This document shows positions 20,507-29,085 of a stretch of 64,000 bases of DNA, in pieces. Positions within the stretch are counted from its first letter, which is position 1. Each line of letters opens with the position of its first letter. The notes beneath the pieces were generated by a model that saw only the letters and a program-made list of their open reading frames with translations, did not search any database and was not told where the DNA came from. The DNA is from Hyphomicrobiales bacterium (lineage in GTDB: Bacteria; Pseudomonadota; Alphaproteobacteria; Rhizobiales; Xanthobacteraceae): the NCBI GenBank assembly GCA_018335895.1, contig JAGXQU010000081.1:8045-72044 (forward strand), in the 5' to 3' direction. Position numbers and translations under genes: made by a program.

Positions 20507-21992
20507 CGCTGGCTCAATAGACATTACGCCGGAGGAGCGTGACGCAATATTGCGGAACGACTTCCTGTCTTTCTTTCGGAAGGCTTTCGCGGAACTGCAT
20601 CCGGGGCAGGAAATCGAGGACAACTGGCATCTCGAGGCCATCGCCCATCAGCTTGAGAGGGCGCGTAAAGGAGAGATCAAACGACTGATTATCAACGCCC
20701 CGCCGCGCTCGCTGAAGTCCTTGATGAGCGTCGTGGCGTTCAGCGCCTATGTCCTCGGCAAAGATCCCGGAAAAAGCATCATTTGCGCGAGCTACTCTCA
20801 AGATCTTTCGACAAAACACTCTTCCGATTTTCGCAGGGTCATGGACTCCGATTGGTTCCAGAAACTCTTTCGAACAACAATCCCCCTGAAGAGCACCGAG
20901 ACAGAATATAAGACCGCCAAGGGCGGCGCGCGCTACTCGACCTCGGTCGGAGGCACGGTCACGGGCTTTGGTGCCGACATCATCATCATTGATGACCCAT
21001 TGAATGCAGTAGACGCACATTCTGATGCCGCTCTACAGCGCCATCGGGATTGGTACTCTGGTGCGCTGGTTTCGCGGCTCAATAACAAGCAAACCGGCAC
21101 CATTATCTGCGTCATGCAGCGCCTCCATCCGGAAGACCTGACTGGATATCTGCTTGAGCAAGGCGGATGGGAGGTCTTGGATCTTCCTGCGATCGCTCTC
21201 GAAGACCGGGAAATTGTTCTCTTGCCTGATCCGATAATCAACCTCTCACGATCTTATGAATGGCGTGAAGGCGAGCCGCTGCAAGCGGCGCGTGAACCGT
21301 TACATGTACTGGAGCAGCTCAAAAGGCAGATCGGCACTGACAAGTTCAGCGCCCAATACTTGCAGCGACCCGTTTCGGCTGCCGGCAACATGCTGAAAGC
21401 CGAATGGCTTCGCTCTTACGAATTTCAACCGAGCAAGCAAGCGCACGACAAGATCGTGCAGAGCTGGGATACGGCAATGAAGGCCGCCGATATGAATGAC
21501 TACTCGGCCTGCCTCACGTTTCTCGTTCGCAACCACAATGAATATTATCTCGTTGACGTATACAGGCAGCGGCTGGAGTTCCCGGATCTTTCAAAGTTCG
21601 TGATTTCTCATGCGAAGCAGTTTCAGGCCGACACGATCCTGATCGAGGATAAGGCTTCCGGTACGCCGCTGATCCAGAACGTCAAGCGCGCGGGCTTACA
21701 AGCTGTGATCGGCATCAATCCTTCGAAGGACAAGAAAACCCGCATGTACGAGCAAACTCCGAAACTGGAAGCACAATCGCTTCTCATTCCACTTTCGGCA
21801 CCGTGGCTTTCCGATTTCAAAACTGAGTACCTCGCGTTTCCGTCAAGCAAGTATGATGATCAAATCGATGCCCTGTCGCAGTTTCTGGAATGGCAAGTGA
21901 ATCGCGACAACAATTTGTTCGAGGTTGACTGGGGGAACGACGAGGACGGTTCGCCGTCGCCGGAATCGATTCTAAGTTTGGTCGGAAAATGA
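20496..21992 (+). CDS. phage terminase large subunit-like protein
   Basis: ATPase-like 'INAPPRSLKS' and 'IIIIDDPLN', with a C-terminal nuclease-like region ending 'YDDQIDALSQFLEW'. Confidence 0.8.
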   Translation: MVPNAGSIDITPEERDAILRNDFLSFFRKAFAELHPGQEIEDNWHLEAIAHQLERARKGEIKRLIINAPPRSLKSLMSVVAFSAYVLGKDPGKSIICASYSQDLSTKHSSDFRRVMDSDWFQKLFRTTIPLKSTETEYKTAKGGARYSTSVGGTVTGFGADIIIIDDPLNAVDAHSDAALQRHRDWYSGALVSRLNNKQTGTIICVMQRLHPEDLTGYLLEQGGWEVLDLPAIALEDREIVLLPDPIINLSRSYEWREGEPLQAAREPLHVLEQLKRQIGTDKFSAQYLQRPVSAAGNMLKAEWLRSYEFQPSKQAHDKIVQSWDTAMKAADMNDYSACLTFLVRNHNEYYLVDVYRQRLEFPDLSKFVISHAKQFQADTILIEDKASGTPLIQNVKRAGLQAVIGINPSKDKKTRMYEQTPKLEAQSLLIPLSAPWLSDFKTEYLAFPSSKYDDQIDALSQFLEWQVNRDNNLFEVDWGNDEDGSPSPESILSLVGK

Positions 21993-22281
21993 CGTAATTC
22001 GCACCCTTGATAACAATAGGCGGCAACAGCCCGCCCTTGTTGCACGGCAACGATCGCGAACGTAGCGAACCCCTAGCTCTCGATCACAAGATGATCGAGC
22101 GCTTACCAACAAAGCAACAACATGGCGCTAATTCCGCTCGCCTTGGCCGGGCAAGCACGCATTCATGCTGCCACGAGGTGCGTCCTCTCCCGCACTCTCC
22201 CTGCCCCGCCAGCGCCGAAAATGGCCTCCGCGGGGCTCCGGCAGTGACAGCGATCCGCTGTCGCAACCGAATGGAGAGGCT

Positions 22282-22635
22282 ATGACAAAACGAAAGAAGA
22301 AGGCGGCCAACCGGCCGAAGAAGCAAAAACCGGCCAAGACTGCCGATTCACCTGCGCAGGTGCAGAACTCGAAAATCCAAGAAGGTAAGCAGAAGCCTCA
22401 CGACCGCGAGAACACCAAGCAGCAACTCTTGCTGGAGATGCTGAGCAAGAAGCCCGGCGCCAATATCGACGCCATCGTGAAGGCGACTGGATGGCTCCCG
22501 CATACCAGCCGCGCGATGATCTCCGGCTTGCGTAAGGCCGGCCACAAAATCGAGATAGAGCGAGGCAAGGACGGCAAAACGGTCTACCTGATCGTTGGCT
22601 CGAAAAAGCCGTCCGCAAAGGCGAGCCAGCGATGA
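22282..22635 (+). CDS. DUF3489 domain protein
   Basis: 'LLLEMLSKKPGANIDAIVKATGWLPHTSRAMISGLRKAGHKI'. GGAGAGG RBS lies before the ATG at 22282 (the track ORF starts at 22165). Confidence 0.75.
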   Translation: MTKRKKKAANRPKKQKPAKTADSPAQVQNSKIQEGKQKPHDRENTKQQLLLEMLSKKPGANIDAIVKATGWLPHTSRAMISGLRKAGHKIEIERGKDGKTVYLIVGSKKPSAKASQR

Positions 22636-23168
22636 ACCGGAAACCTTCATCGAATGCCGACGAGGCCGCGCGCAAGCGCGGCCTCGAAGATGCAAAGCAC
22701 AATGAAATCGCAGCCCAGATCGAGGAGATTCGTTCGCTGAACAAGGATCAGCTTCGGCAGAGCTGGGAGAAGATGTTCAAGAAGCCCGTCCCCGAGGCAC
22801 TGACCAAGGATCTGCTGGCACGAATGATTGCCTATCGGATTCAGGAAAAAGCATTTGGCGGGTTAGACCGCGCAACCGAGAAGATTCTTGAAAGCTACGC
22901 CCGAGGCGATAAGACCCAAACGCCCCAACGCCGGATGAAGTCCGGCACCGTCCTGCTCCGGGAATACCAAGGTGTTCGGCACACGGTCACCGTCGCGGAT
23001 GGCGGCTTCATCTGGAACGACAAGAAATACGCGAGCCTCAGCACGATCGCGAAGGAAATTACCGGTACGTCGTGGAACGGGCCGCGTTTCTTCGGACTAC
23101 GCGAGGAGAAGAAGGCAAAGTCCACACCCGAAGCCGATGCCTCATTGAAGCGGGGTATCGCGCGATGA
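22632..23168 (+). CDS. DUF2924 domain protein
   Basis: 'LRQSWEKMFKKPVPEALTKDLLARMIAYRIQEKAFGGL'. 4-nt overlaps on both sides. Confidence 0.8.
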   Translation: MNRKPSSNADEAARKRGLEDAKHNEIAAQIEEIRSLNKDQLRQSWEKMFKKPVPEALTKDLLARMIAYRIQEKAFGGLDRATEKILESYARGDKTQTPQRRMKSGTVLLREYQGVRHTVTVADGGFIWNDKKYASLSTIAKEITGTSWNGPRFFGLREEKKAKSTPEADASLKRGIAR

Positions 23169-24721
23169 AGACCCTAAGCAAGAAGCAACTGCGCTGCGCG
23201 GTGTATACGCGCAAGTCGACCGACCACAATTTAGAGCTTGAGTTCAACTCGCTCGACGCCCAACGCGAGGCTTGTGAGGCTTATATCAAGAGCCAGGCCC
23301 ATGAAGGCTGGCGTCTCATCCCCACGAAATACAACGACGGCGGGCACTCCGGTGCGAGCCTTTCGCGCCCCGCTCTCCAAACGCTTCTCGACGACGTCCG
23401 CGCCGGCAAGATCGATGTAATCGTGGTCTACAAAATTGACCGCCTGACGCGCTCACTCACCGATTTCGCGAAGCTCGTGGAAGTCTTTGATCAGCAGTCG
23501 GTATCCTTTGTCTCGATCACGCAGTCGTTCAATACGACGACGAGCATGGGACGCCTTACACTCAACGTGCTCCTCTCCTTCGCGCAGTTCGAGCGCGAGG
23601 TAATCGGCGAGCGCGTCCGTGACAAGATCTCGGCTTCCAAAAAGAAGGGCATCTGGGTCGGCGGTCCCGTCCCCATGGGCTATCGGGTAGCCGATAAGAA
23701 GGTCTCGATTGTGCCGGCAGAAGCCAAGACCGTGCGGATGATTTTTGAGCGGTATCTCGCCCTGAAATCCATCAGCGTCTTACAGAACGAGTTGGATCAG
23801 AAGGACATTCGCACCCGCAAGCAGAAACTCTCCAATGGCCGTATCCGAGGTGGATGCCGCTATGGCAAGGGCACGCTCTATCATCTCCTGAAGAACCGCT
23901 TCTATGTCGGCGAGGTCGCTTACAAGGGCTCCATCAACAAGGGGGAGCACGAACCCATCATCGAACGAGCCACGTTTGAAGTTGTGCAGAAGCTGCTCTC
24001 CGACAACGCCGTCGAACGCAATGCGAACCGCCATAGCTCAAACGCCCTCCTCACCGGCTTGCTCTTTGACGACCGCGGCAACCGGATGACGCCGACCTAT
24101 TCGCGGAAGCACGGCGCTCGATATCGCTACTACGTCTCTCACGCGCTCCTGCAGTCGCGGAAAGCGGAAGCAGGCTCGGTAACGCGGGTATCAGCGACAG
24201 AGATCGAGGAGAACATCGTAATTGCACTCCAACAGAACGAAGTTCTCTCTCAAGAAGAAGCCAATATTACGCCTGAGTTGCTTCACACTGCAGTCGAGAA
24301 AATCACGCTTCGAGAGAACGAACTAAAGATCGAACTGACTGATAAGTCGATCGGCAAAAAGGGCATTCTCTTTGTGCAATGGAGCAAGAAATACCCAGCG
24401 GCTCCCAAGGCCGTTATTCATGCGCCTGTGACAAGCGAGAAGCGGCTAGGGCCTGAAGCCCGCGATGCGCTGCTCACCGCAATTGCACGCGCACGCAAAT
24501 GGATAACTGGTCTAGAGTCAGGAGCCGTAAGCACCATCTCGGAGATCGCCGAGCGAGAGGGCAACGTTGAACGCCATATCAGGCTGCTCCTGCCGCTCGC
24601 GTTTACACCGCCAGCCCTTATAACCTCTCTTATCGAGGAAAGCGCGCCTCACGATCTGACTGTCACATGGCTCGCCAAGCATATACCGTTCGAGTGGGAT
24701 ACCGATCCGACCACTTGTTAG
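23165..24721 (+). CDS. large serine recombinase (resolvase/invertase N-domain + recombinase + zinc-ribbon-like regions)
   Basis: 'CAVYTRKSTD' catalytic Ser context and 'DRLTRSL...SVSFVSITQSFNTTTSMGRL'. ATGA overlap with DUF2924. The track ORF starts at 23072. Confidence 0.95.
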   Translation: MKTLSKKQLRCAVYTRKSTDHNLELEFNSLDAQREACEAYIKSQAHEGWRLIPTKYNDGGHSGASLSRPALQTLLDDVRAGKIDVIVVYKIDRLTRSLTDFAKLVEVFDQQSVSFVSITQSFNTTTSMGRLTLNVLLSFAQFEREVIGERVRDKISASKKKGIWVGGPVPMGYRVADKKVSIVPAEAKTVRMIFERYLALKSISVLQNELDQKDIRTRKQKLSNGRIRGGCRYGKGTLYHLLKNRFYVGEVAYKGSINKGEHEPIIERATFEVVQKLLSDNAVERNANRHSSNALLTGLLFDDRGNRMTPTYSRKHGARYRYYVSHALLQSRKAEAGSVTRVSATEIEENIVIALQQNEVLSQEEANITPELLHTAVEKITLRENELKIELTDKSIGKKGILFVQWSKKYPAAPKAVIHAPVTSEKRLGPEARDALLTAIARARKWITGLESGAVSTISEIAEREGNVERHIRLLLPLAFTPPALITSLIEESAPHDLTVTWLAKHIPFEWDTDPTTC

Positions 24722-24724
24722 TTT

Positions 24725-24742
24725 GCAGAAAAAGCAAATAAG
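24725..24742. repeat. att-like direct repeat, copy C (GCAGAAAAAGCAAATAAG)
   Basis: 16/18 identical to 15847-15864. Lies 4 nt after the recombinase stop codon. Confidence 0.55.
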
Positions 24743-24757
24743 TCGGCGAACGAGCAA

Positions 24758-25645
24758 TCATCCGCCGGCATTCCAGAATGCGACAAGCGCATCTAGGAAT
24801 GCTTTACAGTTTTCGGCCCGCCACGTGACTTTAGACGTGGGATGGAACAGATAAAACCTCTCGTTCGCGCAGACAAATTTTGAACGGTCAGCGGAATAAA
24901 GCCAGTTAAATGTATCCGAGAAATTCGCTACGTGGCTGCCGCCGAACTTCGCTGGTGGAACGTTGTAAAGCAGCCCCTCTATGAAATACGAGGGCGCCAA
25001 TCCCTCCGCGATGCGACCCTGGTCGAGCATCCGGTTGCGCATGTTCTTGTACATCCGGATCGTCGGCTTGAACCATTGATTGGTCGCCTGATGCTTGGTC
25101 GTGCAATTGGCCATGTGCATCTTGGGATAATTCACAACTTGCGTTCCATCAGGCAGGAAGAAGCAAACGCCTTCGTGATAGTCCTGCGCGCCGCCGTTCG
25201 TATATTGGAAATACTTCCGAAACTCAGTGCACGCGAGCACGTCGCAATCTCGTCTGTTTCCGACACCCGGAATGAAGATGGCTTTGTCGCCGACGGTAAC
25301 GCCGTTTCCAAATTGCGCGCGAATATGCGCCGCAACCTGCTGCTTGAATTTTTCTGCTGACCATTCTGTGGGGCTTCGGGTCGCATCGAAGCGCGCTCGC
25401 TGGTCGCCCTGCAGATCGTTGACATCGAAGTAGTGGATGGAATGATCGCAGATCACGACATCCACGTCGCTATCGCGCACGACGTTGGTATCGTTACCAT
25501 AGGAGCCCTGCAGAAAAATATCGCGCGTTGCATAGGGTGCGTCGGCACGTTCCAGGGCGGTTTTGACGGTATTATAGGTTGCCTTCGAGGTTGCGGCTGC
25601 CCCGATATGGCTCCAGGCCTCGAGTTGATTCTCGTTAATTGCCAT
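24758..25645 (-). CDS. CD-NTase/SMODS-like nucleotidyltransferase (putative cyclic oligonucleotide synthase), C-terminus ...WNAGG
   Basis: Pol-beta NTase motif 'LQGSYGNDTNVVRDSDVDVV', a later acidic 'RRDCDVL' and CD-NTase-like 'PSYFIEGLLYN'. 9-nt gap after the patatin gene. Confidence 0.7.
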   Translation of the reverse strand: MAINENQLEAWSHIGAAATSKATYNTVKTALERADAPYATRDIFLQGSYGNDTNVVRDSDVDVVICDHSIHYFDVNDLQGDQRARFDATRSPTEWSAEKFKQQVAAHIRAQFGNGVTVGDKAIFIPGVGNRRDCDVLACTEFRKYFQYTNGGAQDYHEGVCFFLPDGTQVVNYPKMHMANCTTKHQATNQWFKPTIRMYKNMRNRMLDQGRIAEGLAPSYFIEGLLYNVPPAKFGGSHVANFSDTFNWLYSADRSKFVCANERFYLFHPTSKVTWRAENCKAFLDALVAFWNAGG

Positions 25646-25654
25646 CGGCCCGCC

Positions 25655-26629
25655 TCACGCAAGCACGTTCTTGAGTTGCAATTCATACTTTTCGAACGAC
25701 TGGCGGCCTTTGGACCAAAGGGCACCGAGCTTATCCGGGTCGTGCTCAAACATATCCGTGGCCATCTCGGGCTCGGTGTATCTTTCGTTGATCCGGATGG
25801 TCTCTATGTCGGAGAAAAGAACTTCCCGCAGTTGCTCCATCGACTGTGTATTTATTTCCATTACTTTTTGAAGCAGGCGAACGGTGAACAGATAGCCGAC
25901 CCAGCGCAGAACGCTGAAAACGGAACGGCGCGGCTCGGGATATTCTCCGACGCCGATGCTGACCACTCGAATATCGGACCTGGGGACCTGAAGCGCTCCT
26001 ACCGCATCGGCAATGGCATAAAGTGTCGGGTTATTCGCGCAATAACCGCCGTCGGCGAGAAGATACTTTTCTCCCTGACTCGTGGTGATTTCCTTGCGAC
26101 AGAAAAACGGATATGCGGAACACGAAGCCTGCACTGCGTCGGCCATACGCACGCCAAAACCCGGAACGAACGATGCGCTGCGCCGGTAAGCCTGCATAGG
26201 ATCAGATTTGAATATAAAGGGCCGCTCGTCCCGCCAATTAGTGGCGACGATACTGATGCGGGTCTGTGCTGCCTCAAAGGTCGCATCCCGGAGCACTTCG
26301 CCAGCGAGGCGCTCAAGGGCGGCCGACTTTTTCCAAGGGGTCCAGGGCTTCATCACCGGTACTACATGTTGCCGGTAAAGCTCCGTGATTTGATCGACCG
26401 ATCTTCCGAGGCACAGCAGGGATGCGATGATAGAGCCGGTGCTCGTTCCCACGATGAGATCGAACGACTTGTACAACGGCCCCTGGGTCAGAGCTTCGAT
26501 CTCTTTTAGTACGCCGAGAGTATAAAAACCTTTCGCGCCTCCACCATCGAGGGCCAGCACGCGAAACGGCTTCTTCGGCGCGTTCGCGCTCGCGTTGCGC
26601 TCTGGTGCTGAGTTCGCTTCGGCACTCAT
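25655..26629 (-). CDS. patatin-like phospholipase (CapV-like effector)
   Basis: 'LALDGGGAKG' oxyanion motif, 'GTSTG' nucleophile elbow and 'LADGGYCANNP' catalytic Asp. The ATG at 26629 overlaps the upstream stop (ATGA). Confidence 0.9.
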   Translation of the reverse strand: MSAEANSAPERNASANAPKKPFRVLALDGGGAKGFYTLGVLKEIEALTQGPLYKSFDLIVGTSTGSIIASLLCLGRSVDQITELYRQHVVPVMKPWTPWKKSAALERLAGEVLRDATFEAAQTRISIVATNWRDERPFIFKSDPMQAYRRSASFVPGFGVRMADAVQASCSAYPFFCRKEITTSQGEKYLLADGGYCANNPTLYAIADAVGALQVPRSDIRVVSIGVGEYPEPRRSVFSVLRWVGYLFTVRLLQKVMEINTQSMEQLREVLFSDIETIRINERYTEPEMATDMFEHDPDKLGALWSKGRQSFEKYELQLKNVLA

Positions 26630-27030
26630 CGGGCGAACAAGCCTTTCAGCCAATTCCAAGCGCGACCGATCCAATCGCGATCATATAGTTTGTCGTAGTA
26701 AGCGGCGCGCTTGGCCTTCTCGTGCTCTCGGCCGGCCATGACGGCTTCCGGGCTCCAGGACTCACACCAAACGATATCGCCGTCATCGATGACGTAGTGG
26801 GAGTTACACGGCTGCGTCCAATTTCCGACCGATGGCCAAAGGCTGGGCCCATGCGGCGTGTCTTTAAATGACCAGCGACTCGGCAGGATCGGCGTCGTCA
26901 CCTTCAAGCCGCATCCACAAGCGCAAAGATGCATCGCCGTGCCGTATTCCTCGGACACGTAGAGGATGCCGGGCTCGAACAGCTTCGGCATATAGTGGAC
27001 GCGTAGAAGGCTAATCCTGTTGAGCTTCAT
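26626..27030 (-). CDS. DUF6527-like small Zn-binding protein
   Basis: 'GILYVSEEYGTAMHLCACGCG...PSVGNWTQPCNSHYVI' (CxCxC + CxxH). The likely start at 27030 overlaps the E1 gene end by 20 nt. The track ORF starts at 27069. Confidence 0.65.
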   Translation of the reverse strand: MKLNRISLLRVHYMPKLFEPGILYVSEEYGTAMHLCACGCGLKVTTPILPSRWSFKDTPHGPSLWPSVGNWTQPCNSHYVIDDGDIVWCESWSPEAVMAGREHEKAKRAAYYDKLYDRDWIGRAWNWLKGLFAR

Positions 27031-28237
27031 CGTCCTTAGACCTTGCCACGATCTTGGTGTCCGGAACACGAAAAACGAAATGGAAATCGGTCGTGCTGTC
27101 GAAGTAGAAGCCCTTGATCTTCTTGTACTGGATGATCGCGAGCGTGGCGTTCAGCGCGTTCAACTCGGGGATTTGGATGTTTAAGCGATACTCGGCGTCA
27201 AGATGGTCGACGAGCATCGCGAACTCTTGATCCATCCGCGCTTGCGCGTCTTCGGGCGAATAGTAAGTCGCGCGGAGCTGGCCTGAAAGCGGGCCCTGAT
27301 TCCGGTCGAGGCCCATACCGACGTCGATAAAAGGAATTTTCAGCGCGATTAGGAGCTTGAAAATCTCCTTGCGCGAGCTCCCCTTATCGACCGCGACGAA
27401 GGCGAAGGTCGCGCCCTTCAAATCTTCTGCGCAGGTGGAGTCGATGTACTTGTGTGTCAACTTCAGGCCGTGCCGAAGGTTCTCGTAGCGTGCTTGATAT
27501 ACGTCGGCCTTGGGCCGTTCGAACTCCGCACCCTCGGTGCCGTCGAAGCGGCCCGGCGAACGAAACTGGCTGTGAATGTGAAACACGTCGCCGTCGAAGC
27601 CACGGATTTCCTTCACCGCCGTCTTCGTCAGAAAATCCAGAAGGTAAGCGCCGGTGCCGCCGAGGCCGATCACCACGACGACTTCGTCTTTAAACTTCTG
27701 CGATAAGTCCATGATTTCCGCGCGGCCTGTCAGGGTATCGGCGATCTTGAAGACGGAGTCGTTGTCGGTTTCGATCTTGCGAAACGTGAAGACCTTGGCC
27801 TCGTTCGGGAACAAAGCCATCGCCGGGCCCGAAATAAGTGTCCGGTAGTTCTCGATCTTCGCGAAGAAGTCCGGGTAATCGACCATCTGGCCGTTCACCA
27901 GGAGCTTATTCGAGAACTGGCGCGTGACGACGATGTCGGGCGACGACGCGCTTAACGTTAACGACGCCGGGTTATCGCCGATCAGCTTGATCGGTGTGCC
28001 GTCAATGTTGTGGGGCGACGACCCGGTGAAAAACACTTGGTGATTGTGCTGCTTCACCTTCTCCGGCGTCGTATAGACGAGTTTCGTCACGAACGCGCCG
28101 ACTTGGAGCGCGCGGTTGGCGTCGAGATAGGGGATATCGCGGACGATCAAATAGCCGGAGCTATCGACCGCGACCGCGTACCCCTTCTCGACCAGACGAC
28201 GGATGTCGTCGTTATGATTCGCCAGTTGGCGATACAT
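27011..28237 (-). CDS. ThiF/E1-like adenylyltransferase with Cys-free E2-like N-terminal domain
   Basis: 'VVVVIGLGGTGAYLLDF...GFDGDVFHIHSQFRSP'. The N-terminal ~190 aa contain no Cys and carry 'SSPHNIDG'. The whole protein has a single Cys. Confidence 0.8.
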   Translation of the reverse strand: MYRQLANHNDDIRRLVEKGYAVAVDSSGYLIVRDIPYLDANRALQVGAFVTKLVYTTPEKVKQHNHQVFFTGSSPHNIDGTPIKLIGDNPASLTLSASSPDIVVTRQFSNKLLVNGQMVDYPDFFAKIENYRTLISGPAMALFPNEAKVFTFRKIETDNDSVFKIADTLTGRAEIMDLSQKFKDEVVVVIGLGGTGAYLLDFLTKTAVKEIRGFDGDVFHIHSQFRSPGRFDGTEGAEFERPKADVYQARYENLRHGLKLTHKYIDSTCAEDLKGATFAFVAVDKGSSRKEIFKLLIALKIPFIDVGMGLDRNQGPLSGQLRATYYSPEDAQARMDQEFAMLVDHLDAEYRLNIQIPELNALNATLAIIQYKKIKGFYFDSTTDFHFVFRVPDTKIVARSKDDEAQQD

Positions 28238-28916
28238 GGAAGTCCATCCCGTCTTTGACTTGAACCGAGTGACCCTTCGGAAGATCGCCTTCCGGCTTCT
28301 TCGGCGGGCCCTTGGTGAAGGTGATCGTGTAGGGAATGTCGGGCTGGCCCGAGTAGTCGGAGAGGCCGACGATCTCGGCGTAGGAGATTTTCTTTTCTTC
28401 CCACTTATGCGGTGTGGCGTTCACGATGATCGTGACGCCGGTCTTGCGGGTTTTGAACCGTTCGACGCCGCGCTCGCCGATTTTGACTTCTTCGTCGTCG
28501 GCGATGACCTTGTCCGGCTGGTTTTCGAGTTCCTGAAGGAGCTCGACATGCGCGCCGTCCTTGCCGACGAGCGTCTTGATCGCTTCGGCGGTAAGCGTTT
28601 TCTTCGGCCATTCAAGGCTGAGGCCGTCGACGACGAACTTGAACGTGCCGTCGCCTTCGATCACGAAGAAGCGGGACACTTTCGAGAGGTCCGTGGTTTC
28701 CTGCGGACGCAGCGTTTCCAACTCGAAGCTCGGCAATTGCGCGAGGATCACGAAGGTTTCGAGTGGATGCGCGTTCACGGCCTCTGCGATCTGGCCGCCG
28801 GTGACTTTCCGGTCGTCGAAGGAGACGGTCCGGAAGCGGAACTTTGCGTCGCCGATTTGGGCGGGGAAGCCGCCGCCATGATTCGGGCCTGAGCCCGCTT
28901 TTGCACTGTCGTTCAT
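28212..28916 (-). CDS. multiubiquitin (three tandem beta-grasp Ubl repeats) protein
   Basis: Three internal repeats marked by 'DRKVTGGQIAEAV', 'KKTLTAEAIKTLV' and 'EKKISYAEIVGLS'. The 3' end overlaps the E1 gene by 26 nt. Confidence 0.7.
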   Translation of the reverse strand: MNDSAKAGSGPNHGGGFPAQIGDAKFRFRTVSFDDRKVTGGQIAEAVNAHPLETFVILAQLPSFELETLRPQETTDLSKVSRFFVIEGDGTFKFVVDGLSLEWPKKTLTAEAIKTLVGKDGAHVELLQELENQPDKVIADDEEVKIGERGVERFKTRKTGVTIIVNATPHKWEEKKISYAEIVGLSDYSGQPDIPYTITFTKGPPKKPEGDLPKGHSVQVKDGMDFHVSPTGES

Positions 28917-28985
28917 TTTTTCGCCTTTCCTGCCGGGAGATTGTGATTACCTAATAAGCCGGAAAGCCCTCTGCGCCCGGTTCAT

Positions 28986-29039
28986 GCTTGATTTATCAAG
29001 CGCTGCTTGCTGCGTCAACATTCTAGTTTGCAGCGCTTG
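28986..29039. promoter_or_regulatory. inverted repeats in the divergent promoter region (candidate HTH operator)
   Basis: GCTTGAT-TT-ATCAAGC (28986-29001) overlaps a 10-bp inverted repeat, CAAGCGCTGC (28997-29006) / GCAGCGCTTG (29030-29039). Confidence 0.4.
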
Positions 29040-29085
29040 AAATTTCAGGCACGATGACCGAATCAACCATTCGAAAGGAGAAATC

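Larger units (their letters stand above)
15852..24742 (+). mobile_element. compact integrative element with serine recombinase and terminase genes but no virion structural genes (phage-satellite-like)
   Basis: Gene content of 16025-24721 plus flanking direct repeats. The boundaries are inferred from those repeats only. Confidence 0.5.

Noticed and set aside
21993-22281. 289-bp GC-rich gap with a 92-aa ORF and a 7-bp hairpin (GACAGCG-ATC-CGCTGTC, 22247-22263) before the DUF3489 gene
   Set aside because: The ORF has no support. The hairpin may affect translation or transcription, but evidence is too thin to call a regulatory RNA.
25433-26509. 358-aa plus-strand ORF (and 28236-28892, 218 aa) inside the defence locus
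   Set aside because: Both are antisense to the patatin and multiubiquitin genes, whose catalytic and repeat motifs are clear. The antisense translations have no motifs and an atypical composition.
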